A model generated the notes under the pieces. It was not told where the DNA came from. It saw nothing but the letters and a program-made list of their open reading frames with translations, and ran no database searches. Shown here piece by piece: positions 27,906 to 37,831 of a stretch of 64,000 nt of DNA; the stretch's first letter is position 1; each line of letters starts with the position of its first letter. The DNA comes from a bacterium (GTDB lineage Bacteria; Patescibacteriota; Patescibacteriia; UBA9570), in contig JAUYKW010000018.1 in NCBI GenBank assembly GCA_030698395.1, forward strand, positions 44,726 to 108,725, written 5' to 3'. Both the position numbers and the translations under genes were made by a program.

Positions 27906-28958
27906 ATGGCATTACAGTTAGGAATTGTTGGTCTACCAAATGTTGGAAAATCTACATTATTCAAAGCACTTACCAAGCAACAAGTTGAAGCTAGCAACTA
28001 TCCTTTTTGTACTATCGATCCAAATGTAGGGTGCGTTTCTGTTCCTGATGAACGTTTAGAAAAATTACGGAATCTTTCTCAATCAGAAAATATTATTCCG
28101 GCTGCTATTGAATTTGTGGATATTGCCGGACTAGTTGCAGGCGCACATAAAGGTGAGGGCTTAGGAAATAAGTTTTTAGCAAATATTCGAGAGGTAGATG
28201 CAGTTGTGCAAGTAGTGAGAAATTTTACTGATGAAAATGTTACGCATGTACATAACGATGTGAATCCAAAAAATGATATTGAAGTGATTAATTTAGAATT
28301 AATCATGGCTGACGTTCAGTTATTGCAAAGCCATTATCAAAAAGTAGAAAAAAAAGCAAAGGGGCAAGATAAAGAAGCGATGCAAGAAAAAGCTGTAATA
28401 GAGAAGGTACTACCAATTTTAGAGGGTGGCGTGATGGCAAACACAATTGTATTAGATCCAGAAACTGAAGAACCATTTATTAAACATTTAAATTTACTCA
28501 CCCGCAAACCATTTCTATATGTAGTGAATGTTGATGAAGGAGAAACTGTTACACCCATTGAAGGGGCAGTGGTAATATCTGCAAAGATTGAAGCCGAGCT
28601 TACGGAATTATCAGACACTGAAGCAAAAGAGATGATGGATGCTTTGGGAATGGAATCTACTGGTTTGAATAAACTCATTCAAGCAGGGTATAAACTTCTT
28701 AATTTGATATCATATTTCACAACTGGAGAAAAAGAAACCAGAGCTTGGACCGTTGAACGTGGTGCTTTGGCGCCTGAAGCAGCTGGAGTTATTCATTCTG
28801 ATTTTGAGGAAAAGTTTATTAGAGCGGAGGTTATTGGTTGGGAGAAGTTGTTAGAGGCTGGAAGTTGGAGCTCTGCAAGAGATAAGGGTTGGCTGAGAAT
28901 GGAAGGCAAGGAATATGAGACTCAGGATGGAGATGTGATGGTATTTCATCATTCTTAA
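27906..28958 (+). CDS. ychF: Ribosome-binding ATPase YchF (Obg-family)
   Basis: It has the G1 motif GIVGLPNVGKSTLF and the TGS/YchF C-terminal domain. Length 350 aa. Confidence 0.9.
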   Translation: MALQLGIVGLPNVGKSTLFKALTKQQVEASNYPFCTIDPNVGCVSVPDERLEKLRNLSQSENIIPAAIEFVDIAGLVAGAHKGEGLGNKFLANIREVDAVVQVVRNFTDENVTHVHNDVNPKNDIEVINLELIMADVQLLQSHYQKVEKKAKGQDKEAMQEKAVIEKVLPILEGGVMANTIVLDPETEEPFIKHLNLLTRKPFLYVVNVDEGETVTPIEGAVVISAKIEAELTELSDTEAKEMMDALGMESTGLNKLIQAGYKLLNLISYFTTGEKETRAWTVERGALAPEAAGVIHSDFEEKFIRAEVIGWEKLLEAGSWSSARDKGWLRMEGKEYETQDGDVMVFHHS

Positions 28959-28961
28959 AAA

Positions 28962-30827
28962 ATGAATAAAAAAAAATATCAAGCTAAATTTGATGCTTTC
29001 ATAAAAAGGCATCCATTATTGTTACCAGTTATTGTTTCAGTTTTATGTGGATTGGTGTTATTAATTATTGCATTAAAATCTAGTGGTTCAGATTGGTTTT
29101 TTTCGGAGGTGTTAGCGGAGACAATCTATTCAGCAATTGTCTATCATCATGAGTTTCCATTTTTTTCTTACTTTCTAAATGGTGGAACACCTTTTATTCA
29201 AGATCCACAAGGGCCATTATTATCTATTAGTACGTTATGGATTTTGATATTTGGGCCTTGGGGTGGCTTAAGATTTGCCGCATTTTTTTGGGGATTTATC
29301 GGTACCTTTTCCTGCTGGGGGTGGCTAAGACCTAAATTAGGAAGTGGGCCAGCGTTAGTTTCTGCTACTGCCTGGATTTTGAGCATGGGTTTCTTTTGGC
29401 GTTTAGTAGTTGGTCACGATATGTTCTTGTGGCACTTAGCATTACCATTATTTTTAATAGTTATTGAAAAGTTAATATTTAAACCAACATGGAAGAATAG
29501 TATATTACTTGGATTGCTAACTGGATTATTTATCCTCGGACCATCATTACATTCACTTTTATATTTTATTATCCCAGCTGTAGTAATCTGGTACGTGGTG
29601 TTGTTGGTTGGTAATCACAAAAGAATAGCTATTAAGAATATATTTCTATTTTCAGCAATGGCTATTGTTATAGCATTAGCAATTGCATCACCAAAAGTTG
29701 CTGCATGGTCACGGCTAGATATGGTGAGAGAGACACAGAGTGAAAGTGCAATGTATTTAAAGGATGCTTTAATATCAATTGTTGACACTCAAGTTAGATC
29801 TGATCGTGGGTATTTGCTGGACGAGAAGTATGAGCGGGAAAGTTGGGGTATTTGGGAAAGTAATGTTGCCGCAACACCAATAATTCTTACATTAGCAATA
29901 TTAGCGCTTTTCATAGTAGCTTTCAAAAAAGAAAAACCAAATAGTTTGTTCATTTTTTCTATTACACTGTTTTTTGTAGGATTATTTATTGCGACAAACT
30001 CTTGGTTTTGGCAAGTATTTAGAGAATTATCGAATGGTAGTTTTAGGGTATCAGGCAGATTTTTAGGATTAGCTAATTTTTCAATAATTATCTTAGCGGG
30101 TATCGCAACAAAGTATTTGACAGGAATTGTCTCAAAAAAAATTCCTCATTTATCTGCAATTTTTATATTATCAACATTTGTTTTTAGTGCATTACTGATC
30201 TATCAAGCGAGCGTGACATTATCACCATATGTAAGTTCTGGAGGTAATATCCTTAAGCCAATCACAGCTATCTGGAATCATTCAAAAAAGAAAACTGACT
30301 CACCCATGTTAACAGGAGTAAATCATTATTATTATGATCAGGAGATAGAAGCAAATCAAATTAGTTCTGGTAACCTATATTTATTATATGGTCATAAAAT
30401 AATTGGAGATTCTGTTTCTGAAATACCTCTTGATGATTTTATGAAGATATTACCGAATAAAGATATAGAAATTCCAGTCTCACCAGAATTATCACCAGAT
30501 CGTTTAGAAGTATTTCATACTAAATTAGTGATTAGTAATTTACAGCCATTGGAAGAAGTAAACATCAGATTAAAGGTTGCACCATTAGGACAGGAAATTA
30601 TCACAGAACCTAGCGGGGCTAATATCACATTAGAGGAAAATGCAGGCACAATGACATTAATTAATAATGAGAATTACTTAATAGAAAAAATTACGATAAA
30701 ACCAAAGTCTCCTGTACCAGTAATAGCATGGATAGTGTCAATATTAACGTTAATAGCCTCTATAGGCTATCTAGTGGCCAAATCTGGAATTAGTGCTAGA
30801 ATAAGGTTTCAAAAAAATAAGGCATAA
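28962..30827 (+). CDS. Polytopic membrane protein (at least 10 TM) with a C-terminal extracytoplasmic domain; putative GT-C-fold glycosyltransferase
   Basis: It is 621 aa. The N-terminal two-thirds are multi-TM and a soluble C-terminal domain of about 180 aa ends in a final TM. It sits immediately upstream of a Dpm1-like GT2. It could not be assigned to a named family by eye. Confidence 0.45.
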   Translation: MNKKKYQAKFDAFIKRHPLLLPVIVSVLCGLVLLIIALKSSGSDWFFSEVLAETIYSAIVYHHEFPFFSYFLNGGTPFIQDPQGPLLSISTLWILIFGPWGGLRFAAFFWGFIGTFSCWGWLRPKLGSGPALVSATAWILSMGFFWRLVVGHDMFLWHLALPLFLIVIEKLIFKPTWKNSILLGLLTGLFILGPSLHSLLYFIIPAVVIWYVVLLVGNHKRIAIKNIFLFSAMAIVIALAIASPKVAAWSRLDMVRETQSESAMYLKDALISIVDTQVRSDRGYLLDEKYERESWGIWESNVAATPIILTLAILALFIVAFKKEKPNSLFIFSITLFFVGLFIATNSWFWQVFRELSNGSFRVSGRFLGLANFSIIILAGIATKYLTGIVSKKIPHLSAIFILSTFVFSALLIYQASVTLSPYVSSGGNILKPITAIWNHSKKKTDSPMLTGVNHYYYDQEIEANQISSGNLYLLYGHKIIGDSVSEIPLDDFMKILPNKDIEIPVSPELSPDRLEVFHTKLVISNLQPLEEVNIRLKVAPLGQEIITEPSGANITLEENAGTMTLINNENYLIEKITIKPKSPVPVIAWIVSILTLIASIGYLVAKSGISARIRFQKNKA

Positions 30828-30830
30828 TCT

Positions 30831-31592
30831 ATGGATATAAAAGTATCAGTAATACTTCCAACTTATAATGAAAAGGATAATATTGGAGATTTAGTATTGG
30901 CCATTGATAAGGAAGTTCAAGCTAGTAAAGAAATTATTGTGGTTGACGACGATTCTCCAGATGGGACGTCTCAAATAATTCAAAAGATGATCGATCAGCA
31001 TCAGGTGCTTAATTTAAGATTGATTACAAGAAAACAAGATAAGGGATTAACCAATAGTATTTGGGAAGGAATTCAGCAAGCACATGGTGAGATTGTGCTA
31101 TGGATGGATTGTGATTTTTCAATGCCTCCAAAAGATATACCTCGTTTATTAAAGAAAATTGATGAAGGTAATGATGTTGCAGTTGGTTCTCGTTTTGTGA
31201 AGGGTGGAAGCTTTAAAGAAGATACGTCAGATTCAGAAGATTCTTGGTTGGCAGTTGTGCTTAGTAGATTGATGAATGTATTTATTCGCATGATGTTAGG
31301 TAGAGATTTTAAGGATTATACGAGTGGTTTTATTGCTATTAAACGAAGCATCTTTGATAAGATAACTCTTACTGGAGATTATGGAGAATATTTTATAGAT
31401 TTGATTGTGCGAGCTAAATTATTCAATTTTAAAATTATTGAAATTCCATATACATGCTTACCCCGTGAAAAAGGTGAGTCTAAGACTGGTAGTAATTTAT
31501 CTGATTATATTAAGCGTGGCAGTAAATACGTTTGGGTGACTTTAAAGCTTTTTAAATTAAGGATGAAGTATAAGTTTTTTAGAATTGTGTAG
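30831..31592 (+). CDS. GT2 polyprenyl-phosphate glycosyltransferase (Dpm1/GtrB/ArnC-like)
   Basis: Motifs: VSVILPTYNEKDNI; VVDDDSPDGT (DxD region); LWMDCDFSMPP; VGSRF. Its 253-aa length is typical of dolichyl/undecaprenyl-phosphate sugar synthases. Confidence 0.8.
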   Translation: MDIKVSVILPTYNEKDNIGDLVLAIDKEVQASKEIIVVDDDSPDGTSQIIQKMIDQHQVLNLRLITRKQDKGLTNSIWEGIQQAHGEIVLWMDCDFSMPPKDIPRLLKKIDEGNDVAVGSRFVKGGSFKEDTSDSEDSWLAVVLSRLMNVFIRMMLGRDFKDYTSGFIAIKRSIFDKITLTGDYGEYFIDLIVRAKLFNFKIIEIPYTCLPREKGESKTGSNLSDYIKRGSKYVWVTLKLFKLRMKYKFFRIV

Positions 31593-31596
31593 GACT

Positions 31597-32181
31597 ATGG
31601 TTTTACCATTAAAAAAAGAAAGTATTTCAAAAGTAGTAGATCTTCATAAGCAAGTATTGGGACACACTCTAAACGCTAGAATAGGTTCATGGTTTTTAGA
31701 GAAATTATATGAAGAGACTATGCTAGCAAAAGAAAATGGTAGGTGCTTTGTCTCGTTTGAGGATGAAAAAGTTGTTGGCTTTGTTAGTATTTGTTTAGAT
31801 TATGAAGCTCTCAGTTCACGAATTATGAGTTCATTAACATTGGTACAAAAAATTAAGGTAAGCATTTTTATGGGAAGTCATTTTTGGTTAATACCAGATT
31901 TTTTCAAGAAGCAATTGTTCTCTAGATACATAAAAGCAAATATGCCACAGCCATATCCTATGGTATTAACAATTGGTGTAGATTCTAACCAACAGGGTAA
32001 TGGGATTGGTAAACAATTGATGCATGAGGTAAAAACTAGCTTTCGTAAGCATAATTTAACAGAATTTTATCTAGATACAGAAGAAACAAACGAACAGGCT
32101 ATCGGATTTTATAAGAAAATTGGTTTTGATGAGATTGCCAGGAAATACGGCAACGTAGTTTTGCAATATAAATTGAACTGA
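31597..32181 (+). CDS. GNAT-family N-acetyltransferase
   Basis: It has the acetyl-CoA binding motif QQGNGIGKQLMHEV in a GNAT fold. The C-terminus has EETNEQAIGFYKKIGF. Start is probably the Met at 31597. Confidence 0.7.
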   Translation: MVLPLKKESISKVVDLHKQVLGHTLNARIGSWFLEKLYEETMLAKENGRCFVSFEDEKVVGFVSICLDYEALSSRIMSSLTLVQKIKVSIFMGSHFWLIPDFFKKQLFSRYIKANMPQPYPMVLTIGVDSNQQGNGIGKQLMHEVKTSFRKHNLTEFYLDTEETNEQAIGFYKKIGFDEIARKYGNVVLQYKLN

Positions 32182-33440
32182 TGAGCATTGGTAAGAGAGA
32201 AATTAAAAAGGAGCATCTTCCGATTATAGTATTGGTTGCATTTAGTATCTTGGTGCAGTTAGCAATCTTGCCAAATTTTGGTTCTTTAGATACTAATGCA
32301 TTTATTAGAGTTGTTGATACAGTGGAGGCTTTTGGATTAAAACAAGGGTATGCAATTTATAATTTAGTGTATCCGCCACTAAGCTCCATCTTTGCATATG
32401 GTATTCATTTGATAATTCCGCTTTATTCTTTTATGCCTAAGCATCTACAGGTATTGGCTATAAAAGTGGGTTTGGCAATATTTCATTATGGTTTCCTAGC
32501 TTGTATATTATTGTTTCATAGAAAAAATAAAAAGTTATCTTGGTTCGCAGCAACAAAAGAAACAATTCCTATTTTATTGAACATTGCATTGATTGAGTCT
32601 ACGTTTATTATAGGATCATTTGATATTCTTTTGGCCATTCCGTTATTTTTTGCTTTTTATTTTGTATATAAGAAAAAGTTTTTTTGGTCTGGTTTTTTTC
32701 TCGCCACCGCTTTTTGTACTAAATTATTGCCGATTCTTTTAATTCCAGCTTTTTTAGTTTTCTTTTCATCGAAATTGTCGAAGGAAAAAATTACCCTTAA
32801 TTGGAGAGCGGTAAATTTATTTTTTCTGGGTATGTTAGTTGTAGTTGTACCTTTAGTGGCGTATTTTGGTTATCCGGAGATTAGAGAAATATTTGTAAAA
32901 TCATCAGTTCATAGTGATAAGTTGTCAGCGGCTTTTAATTTTAATAGAATAGTTCGTGAATTATTTATGCCGGAGAATATAACTACGCCGGCTATTTACT
33001 ATTTTGGTCGAGGAGTATTCTTTCTAACCTCAGCATTTTTACTAATAAGATTATGGATGAGTCCAAAGAATATTCAAAATCTACTATATACTAGCATTGG
33101 AATAATCATAACTTATTTTACTTTTCTTGCTGGCGTGCATCAGAATCATATTTTTCCGGCACTAATCTTTGCTATCCTCTTGGTGATGTATAACAAAAAT
33201 AGCATAAATATGTTTATTTATTATTCTATCACTGCAATAGCCTTTATAAATTGGTTCGCACCTTATGGGTTTGGATATTTTGAAACTGTTGAATATACCG
33301 GAATTAGATATTTGTGGCAGCTTCCAGTTACTACCATTGGTTTGATATATGCTTTGTTAAGCTTGCTTACTGTTTTCTTTTTTGGGGGATATATGTGGTT
33401 GGTGTTACGACCAAAATTCTTCAGGCAGACTGAGAAATAA
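32181..33440 (+). CDS. Polytopic membrane protein, putative GT-C-like mannosyltransferase family (DUF2029/GT87-like)
   Basis: It has about 11 TM helices across 419 aa and hydrophobic loops rich in aromatic residues. It lies in a glycosylation context. The family assignment is tentative. Confidence 0.4.
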   Translation: MSIGKREIKKEHLPIIVLVAFSILVQLAILPNFGSLDTNAFIRVVDTVEAFGLKQGYAIYNLVYPPLSSIFAYGIHLIIPLYSFMPKHLQVLAIKVGLAIFHYGFLACILLFHRKNKKLSWFAATKETIPILLNIALIESTFIIGSFDILLAIPLFFAFYFVYKKKFFWSGFFLATAFCTKLLPILLIPAFLVFFSSKLSKEKITLNWRAVNLFFLGMLVVVVPLVAYFGYPEIREIFVKSSVHSDKLSAAFNFNRIVRELFMPENITTPAIYYFGRGVFFLTSAFLLIRLWMSPKNIQNLLYTSIGIIITYFTFLAGVHQNHIFPALIFAILLVMYNKNSINMFIYYSITAIAFINWFAPYGFGYFETVEYTGIRYLWQLPVTTIGLIYALLSLLTVFFFGGYMWLVLRPKFFRQTEK

Positions 33441-34530
33441 GTTTCATTTGTTCACAAACATAATCAATCTGTTCATCTGTGATTGCTAGACCAGAAGGTA
33501 AATATAGGCCATGTTTTGCTATGTAATCCGTGTTGGGGTAGGATCCAATATCCCCGTAAGTATTTATTAGTACTGGCTGATCTGTTGGCGAGTAAAAGAA
33601 ATCTCTAGTATCAATATCTACTTCTTTTAGCTGTGTTCGGACTTCGTCTTTAGTTTTGCCAAATTCCTCTTCAATTAAAATTGCATACATCCAAAAAACA
33701 TTTTTATTTTTCGGAAGTGTGGTTGGCAACTTAATACCTGGAATATCTTTTAGTACGCTATTATACCTTTCTGCCATCTGATTCTTCTTTTCAATATATT
33801 CATCAATATGCTGAAGTTCCCCGCATCCTATTGCAGCTTGCATATTAGTCATTCTATAGTTATAGCCAACGTGTTCATGGATGAATCTTGTATCAGAGTG
33901 ATAGAGATCTTTTAATTTTCTAGCTTTTTCAGCAATTGCATCGTCATTTGTTACTACCATACCGCCTTCTCCAGTAGTGATTATTTTATTTCCATAAAAA
34001 CTAAAACATGCAATGTCGGACATGCTTCCACAAATTCTTCCTTTGTAGGTTGCACCATGAGCTTCAGCAGCATCTTCAATTACGATCAAATTATGTTTCT
34101 GGGCAATTTCTAATATTGGATCCATATCGCAGGAATGGCCATAGATATGAACGGGCATTATTGCTTTGGTATTTTTGGTAATTTTTTCTTCAAGTTTAGC
34201 TGGATCTAAATTATATGTTTCTAATTCACAATCTACAAAAACTGGTTTAGCCCCAGTGTACATTACTGCAAATATTGTTGCGATCATTGTAAACGCAGGT
34301 ACGATTACTTCATCTCCAGGTCCAATATTCATTGTGAGTAAGGCAGTGTGTAATGCTGTTGTTCCATTATTTGTAGTAATGGCGTGCTTAACACCAAGAT
34401 AAGATGCGAACTTGTTTTCGAATTCTTCTACAAATTTTCCAGCAGATGAGATCCAACCTGTTTCTACTGCTTCTAATATATTTTTTTTTGCTTCTTCTGA
34501 TATCAGCGGTTCATTAACGGGTACACGCAT
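33421..34530 (-). CDS. DegT/DnrJ/EryC1/StrS-family PLP-dependent sugar aminotransferase
   Basis: The N-terminal VNEPLISEEAKKNILEAVETGWIS is typical of this family. Further motifs are NNGTTALHTAL and the conserved lysine region SFYGNKIITTGEGG. Length 369 aa. It is compatible with a perosamine-synthase-like C4-aminotransferase or an FdtB-like C3-aminotransferase. Confidence 0.85.
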   Translation of the reverse strand: MRVPVNEPLISEEAKKNILEAVETGWISSAGKFVEEFENKFASYLGVKHAITTNNGTTALHTALLTMNIGPGDEVIVPAFTMIATIFAVMYTGAKPVFVDCELETYNLDPAKLEEKITKNTKAIMPVHIYGHSCDMDPILEIAQKHNLIVIEDAAEAHGATYKGRICGSMSDIACFSFYGNKIITTGEGGMVVTNDDAIAEKARKLKDLYHSDTRFIHEHVGYNYRMTNMQAAIGCGELQHIDEYIEKKNQMAERYNSVLKDIPGIKLPTTLPKNKNVFWMYAILIEEEFGKTKDEVRTQLKEVDIDTRDFFYSPTDQPVLINTYGDIGSYPNTDYIAKHGLYLPSGLAITDEQIDYVCEQMKLISQSA

Positions 34531-34533
34531 ATA

Positions 34534-34950
34534 TTAATCCATAAATATTTTAGCTTTCTTATCTCCAGGATATGGGCCTTGTTTGATTTCAATGATTCTA
34601 CATTTACTTAACATTTTAAATGAATGACCGCCAGCAACGAATAGTGCAAAATCTCCTTTATTTAGTTTAACTTTTTTTAGTACGGTCCAATCATTGCGGT
34701 AAATAGTAGCTTCAACACTGCCCTTTTCAATGTAGAGAAATTCTTGAGTAGTGGATACATTGTATTTTAAGCTTGGATGTCGATGAGGTTTTACTTTGTG
34801 ACCTTTAGGATGTTCTAATAGACCAACTTGAAGCGGGTAATTTTGTGGAGTTAAAAAACGCACTCCATCAGCCTTCATGTCTGCGGAATAAATTAAGGCG
34901 TAGACTTTTTTCCCCTCTGTAATTTCGTTTACTGCTTTCATTTGATGCAA
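34534..34950 (-). CDS. Cupin-fold WxcM/FdtA-like sugar 3,4-ketoisomerase (putative)
   Basis: It is a 138-aa single cupin with a paired-His motif (KPHRHP) positioned like the catalytic HxH of FdtA. It lies directly downstream of, and is co-oriented with, the DegT aminotransferase. Confidence 0.5.
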   Translation of the reverse strand: MHQMKAVNEITEGKKVYALIYSADMKADGVRFLTPQNYPLQVGLLEHPKGHKVKPHRHPSLKYNVSTTQEFLYIEKGSVEATIYRNDWTVLKKVKLNKGDFALFVAGGHSFKMLSKCRIIEIKQGPYPGDKKAKIFMD

Positions 34951-35073
34951 GTATTAATTGAAAATCAGATTATATTATAGGTTCAAAGTACGGGGGAGTC
35001 AATTATTGAAGAATTTCATTATCATTGTTTTTTTTAACCTTTGTCTATATAATAAAGCCTCATTGAAATAATT

Positions 35074-35496
35074 ATGAAACAGTTTATTAGTCAGTTTGTA
35101 AAATTTTGTATTACGGGAACAATCAATGCTGGCATTGATTTCTTAGTATATTTAGGGTTAACGCGCTACTTTGATTTTTGGGAAAATCGTTTAGTCATGG
35201 CCACCGGAGTTGCGTTTGTGATAGCAAATATCAATAGTTATATCATGAATAAATACTGGACATTTCGAGATCCTAACGGTAGGCACAAAATACAATATCC
35301 AAAATTCTTTGCAGTTTCATTGGTTGGTTTAGCAATAAACTTAGCTGTCTTTTATTATCTAGTTCATGTATTAATGATAGACGACATTCTTAGCAAGGTA
35401 ATAGTTGCAGCAATTGTATTAGTATGGAATTTTTTCGCGAATAAATTTTGGACTTTTATTAAGCCAAAAAAAGATTTATTGGAATCTAAAAGTTAA
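35074..35496 (+). CDS. GtrA-family small membrane protein (polyprenyl-phosphate sugar handling / flippase-like)
   Basis: It is 140 aa with four TM helices and the GtrA signature FVKFCITGTINAGIDFLVY...NKYWTF...NKFWTF. Confidence 0.8.
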   Translation: MKQFISQFVKFCITGTINAGIDFLVYLGLTRYFDFWENRLVMATGVAFVIANINSYIMNKYWTFRDPNGRHKIQYPKFFAVSLVGLAINLAVFYYLVHVLMIDDILSKVIVAAIVLVWNFFANKFWTFIKPKKDLLESKS

Positions 35497-36615
35497 TTAG
35501 CCTTGATAGGTTAGAAATAGTATTTTACGTACTACTCGTGCTTCTGGTCGGGAGTAAAAAATTGGTTCATGAAATTGTGAGTAGTTTAGTTTTGTATAAT
35601 ATTTTGCCAGCGGTAATGTCAAAGTATCATCATGTCTGCGCCATGCTGGTACAGCCAATACTATTCTGGCTTGAGGAGCAAGAATATCTGTAAGTGCTAG
35701 AAATGTTTCTTCATATAACTTGATCATTTGGCGATGAACTTTATCTGTTTTCTTTGGTCGCAGCGGTCCCAGATATCCTTCAGCGACAACTCTATTTATT
35801 GACTCTTTTCCTAAAATATTTTTAATATCCTTAACATCACTAACATGTAATGGAATTTTTGGTAGGTTTAACCATGCCAGATTATCTGTTGTGTCTAAAA
35901 TACTTTTCTTCGAAATGTCGGAACCTATTACATTTTTGTAGCCTGATAATAGAGCTTCCTGCAATATAGTGCCTGATCCGCAAAAGGGATCTAGAATAGT
36001 ATCATCTAAATTTGGTTGTGAAATATTTATCATCATTCTAGCGATTTTTGGTGGGAGCATTCCAGAATGATGATCTCTTTGTGGTCTGCCGTAATCTCGT
36101 TTTGAAAAATCTCTGAATGGTTGTACTGAGGTGGTGCGAGCTAATAAAATACTCTTATTATAAAGCACTAAACAAAAATCTGTTTGGTTATCTAACAAAT
36201 GTTCTTTTTGTACAATTACAGAAGACAGCGCTGGTTCTTTACTACTAACATATCTAATTGATTTACCGGTAGCTCTGACTTCTTTTTTCCAGTCTATCCC
36301 TATGCGTTCTAATTTTTTTGCGTAATGCTTTACTATATTATCGGTCATGGCATTTTCTCCTGCATAAACACTAAAACCAAACCTAATTTTATTTTCTCCT
36401 GTTAAGTATTTTTTAAAAATATCCAAGCCCGCTAAATCACGGGATATTTCATCAACGACTGTACATATTTTTATGGTACCTCCTAAGATATTAATGTCTA
36501 CATCATTAGAAAGTTCTGCTATATTTCCGCCAGACCATTTTTTCAAAACATTAAGTGATTCTAATTCTAATGCTGAGAGATCTGGTGTAGTACCAAGAAT
36601 TGCTATTTGTTTCAT
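35497..36615 (-). CDS. Putative SAM-dependent methyltransferase with a Trm11/RlmL-like (UPF0020) catalytic domain and an N-terminal non-catalytic domain
   Basis: Motif I is ILDPFCGSGTILQEALLSGY, preceded by HSGMLPPKIARMMINI, a pattern seen in N2-guanine RNA methyltransferases. I could not find a clear DPPY motif IV. Start is at the Met at 36615 (MKQIAILG) or 36636. Confidence 0.45.
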   Translation of the reverse strand: MKQIAILGTTPDLSALELESLNVLKKWSGGNIAELSNDVDINILGGTIKICTVVDEISRDLAGLDIFKKYLTGENKIRFGFSVYAGENAMTDNIVKHYAKKLERIGIDWKKEVRATGKSIRYVSSKEPALSSVIVQKEHLLDNQTDFCLVLYNKSILLARTTSVQPFRDFSKRDYGRPQRDHHSGMLPPKIARMMINISQPNLDDTILDPFCGSGTILQEALLSGYKNVIGSDISKKSILDTTDNLAWLNLPKIPLHVSDVKDIKNILGKESINRVVAEGYLGPLRPKKTDKVHRQMIKLYEETFLALTDILAPQARIVLAVPAWRRHDDTLTLPLAKYYTKLNYSQFHEPIFYSRPEARVVRKILFLTYQG

Positions 36616-37550
36616 ATACGATTGTTTTGATACCATGAGGCAAATTTATTTAAACCTTCTTCTAGACTTGTAGTTGGTTTAAAGTTTAAAAGTTTTTTTG
36701 CTTTATCTATATTAGCGTATGTTTGATGAACGTCACCTGGTTGCATGCCAACCTGTTTAATGATTGCAGTTTTACCAGTAACTTTTTCTACAGTAGCAAT
36801 GAAATCATTTAACGAGATTGGTTCATTATTTCCTAGGTTGATAATTTCATAAGGAAATGGATTTTCTACGGCAGCTTTTACACCCTGTACTATGTCTGCT
36901 ATGTAAGTATAATCTCTACTAGTATTTCCATCACCAAATTTTATAATTTCCTTTTCTTTTAGAATTTTTTCTGTAAATAGATATGGAGCCATGTCTGGCC
37001 TACCACGTTCACCATATACTGTGAAGAATCGTAGGATGGTAGTTTGAATGTTGTGCAAATGATGATTGGTATAAAGCATTAGTTCAGCTGCTCGTTTTGT
37101 AGCTGCATATGGAGAAATCGGCTCATTAACATTTACATCTTCTGAAAAAGGCACTGTCGTAGTATCTCCGTAAACCGCGGAAGTTGATCCGAAGATAAAA
37201 CGATTTACATTATATTCCATCGCTAACTTTGCTAAATTTGTTGTGCCTAGTAAATTTACTTTCGCATATAAATCTGGTTCTAGCAAAGATGATCGGACAC
37301 CTGCACGAGCTGCCAAATGAATTATCAGATCAAATTTATGATCTTTAAATATTTCAGTTAGAGCTGTAGAATCTGTAACATCAACTTGATAAAATTTTTC
37401 TGGTCGTAATAATGCTAAATTTTCTTTTTTGAATTCTGGATTATAGTAATCATTAATATTATCAATAATTACAACGTTATGATCAGCTTGTAGAGCTTCT
37501 ACTATATGAGAGCCAATGAAACCAGCGCCTCCGGTTACTAATATATTCAT
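36612..37550 (-). CDS. NAD-dependent nucleotide-sugar epimerase (extended SDR; UDP-hexose/hexuronate 4-epimerase-like)
   Basis: Motifs: ILVTGGAGFIGSHIVEAL; catalytic YAATK. Length 312 aa. Confidence 0.8.
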   Translation of the reverse strand: MNILVTGGAGFIGSHIVEALQADHNVVIIDNINDYYNPEFKKENLALLRPEKFYQVDVTDSTALTEIFKDHKFDLIIHLAARAGVRSSLLEPDLYAKVNLLGTTNLAKLAMEYNVNRFIFGSTSAVYGDTTTVPFSEDVNVNEPISPYAATKRAAELMLYTNHHLHNIQTTILRFFTVYGERGRPDMAPYLFTEKILKEKEIIKFGDGNTSRDYTYIADIVQGVKAAVENPFPYEIINLGNNEPISLNDFIATVEKVTGKTAIIKQVGMQPGDVHQTYANIDKAKKLLNFKPTTSLEEGLNKFASWYQNNRI

Positions 37551-37582
37551 ATTAAATTTTTATCCATTACTTCCATATTCTA

Positions 37583-37831
37583 TCACCTTTTCTTAATAAC
37601 GAGCATCATAATACCAGCTATCATCGATAAAGCAATACTAAACCATGTAAATGCCCATGCAGCAAAAGCTCTTTGGTGAGCTAAAATTTGATCTTCATAA
37701 TATGGATCTCCTAATAGAGTGGTATCTTGCAAGGTGGCTAAATAGATAATATAAATAGCAGTTAGCGCAATTAGTGCAGTGATTACCCACATAATAGATG
37801 AAAAAATCTTATTTTTAAGGTTTGAGGTCAT
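37583..37831 (-). CDS. Small two-TM membrane protein, hypothetical
   Basis: It is 82 aa with two hydrophobic helices. It overlaps the start of the upstream GT-C-like gene by 17 bp and is co-oriented with it. Confidence 0.4.
   Translation of the reverse strand: MTSNLKNKIFSSIMWVITALIALTAIYIIYLATLQDTTLLGDPYYEDQILAHQRAFAAWAFTWFSIALSMIAGIMMLVIKKR

Noticed and set aside
13037-31291. Short ORFs overlapping annotated genes (13037..13222 -, 17797..18018 +, 19447..19668 +, 19723..20013 +, 22317..22626 +, 23570..23878 +, 24161..24343 +, 26731..27015 -, 28079..28306 -, 28337..28678 -, 29198..29386 -, 31073..31291 -)
   Set aside because: All lie inside longer ORFs with clear homology-level motifs on the other strand or frame. 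None has independent support.
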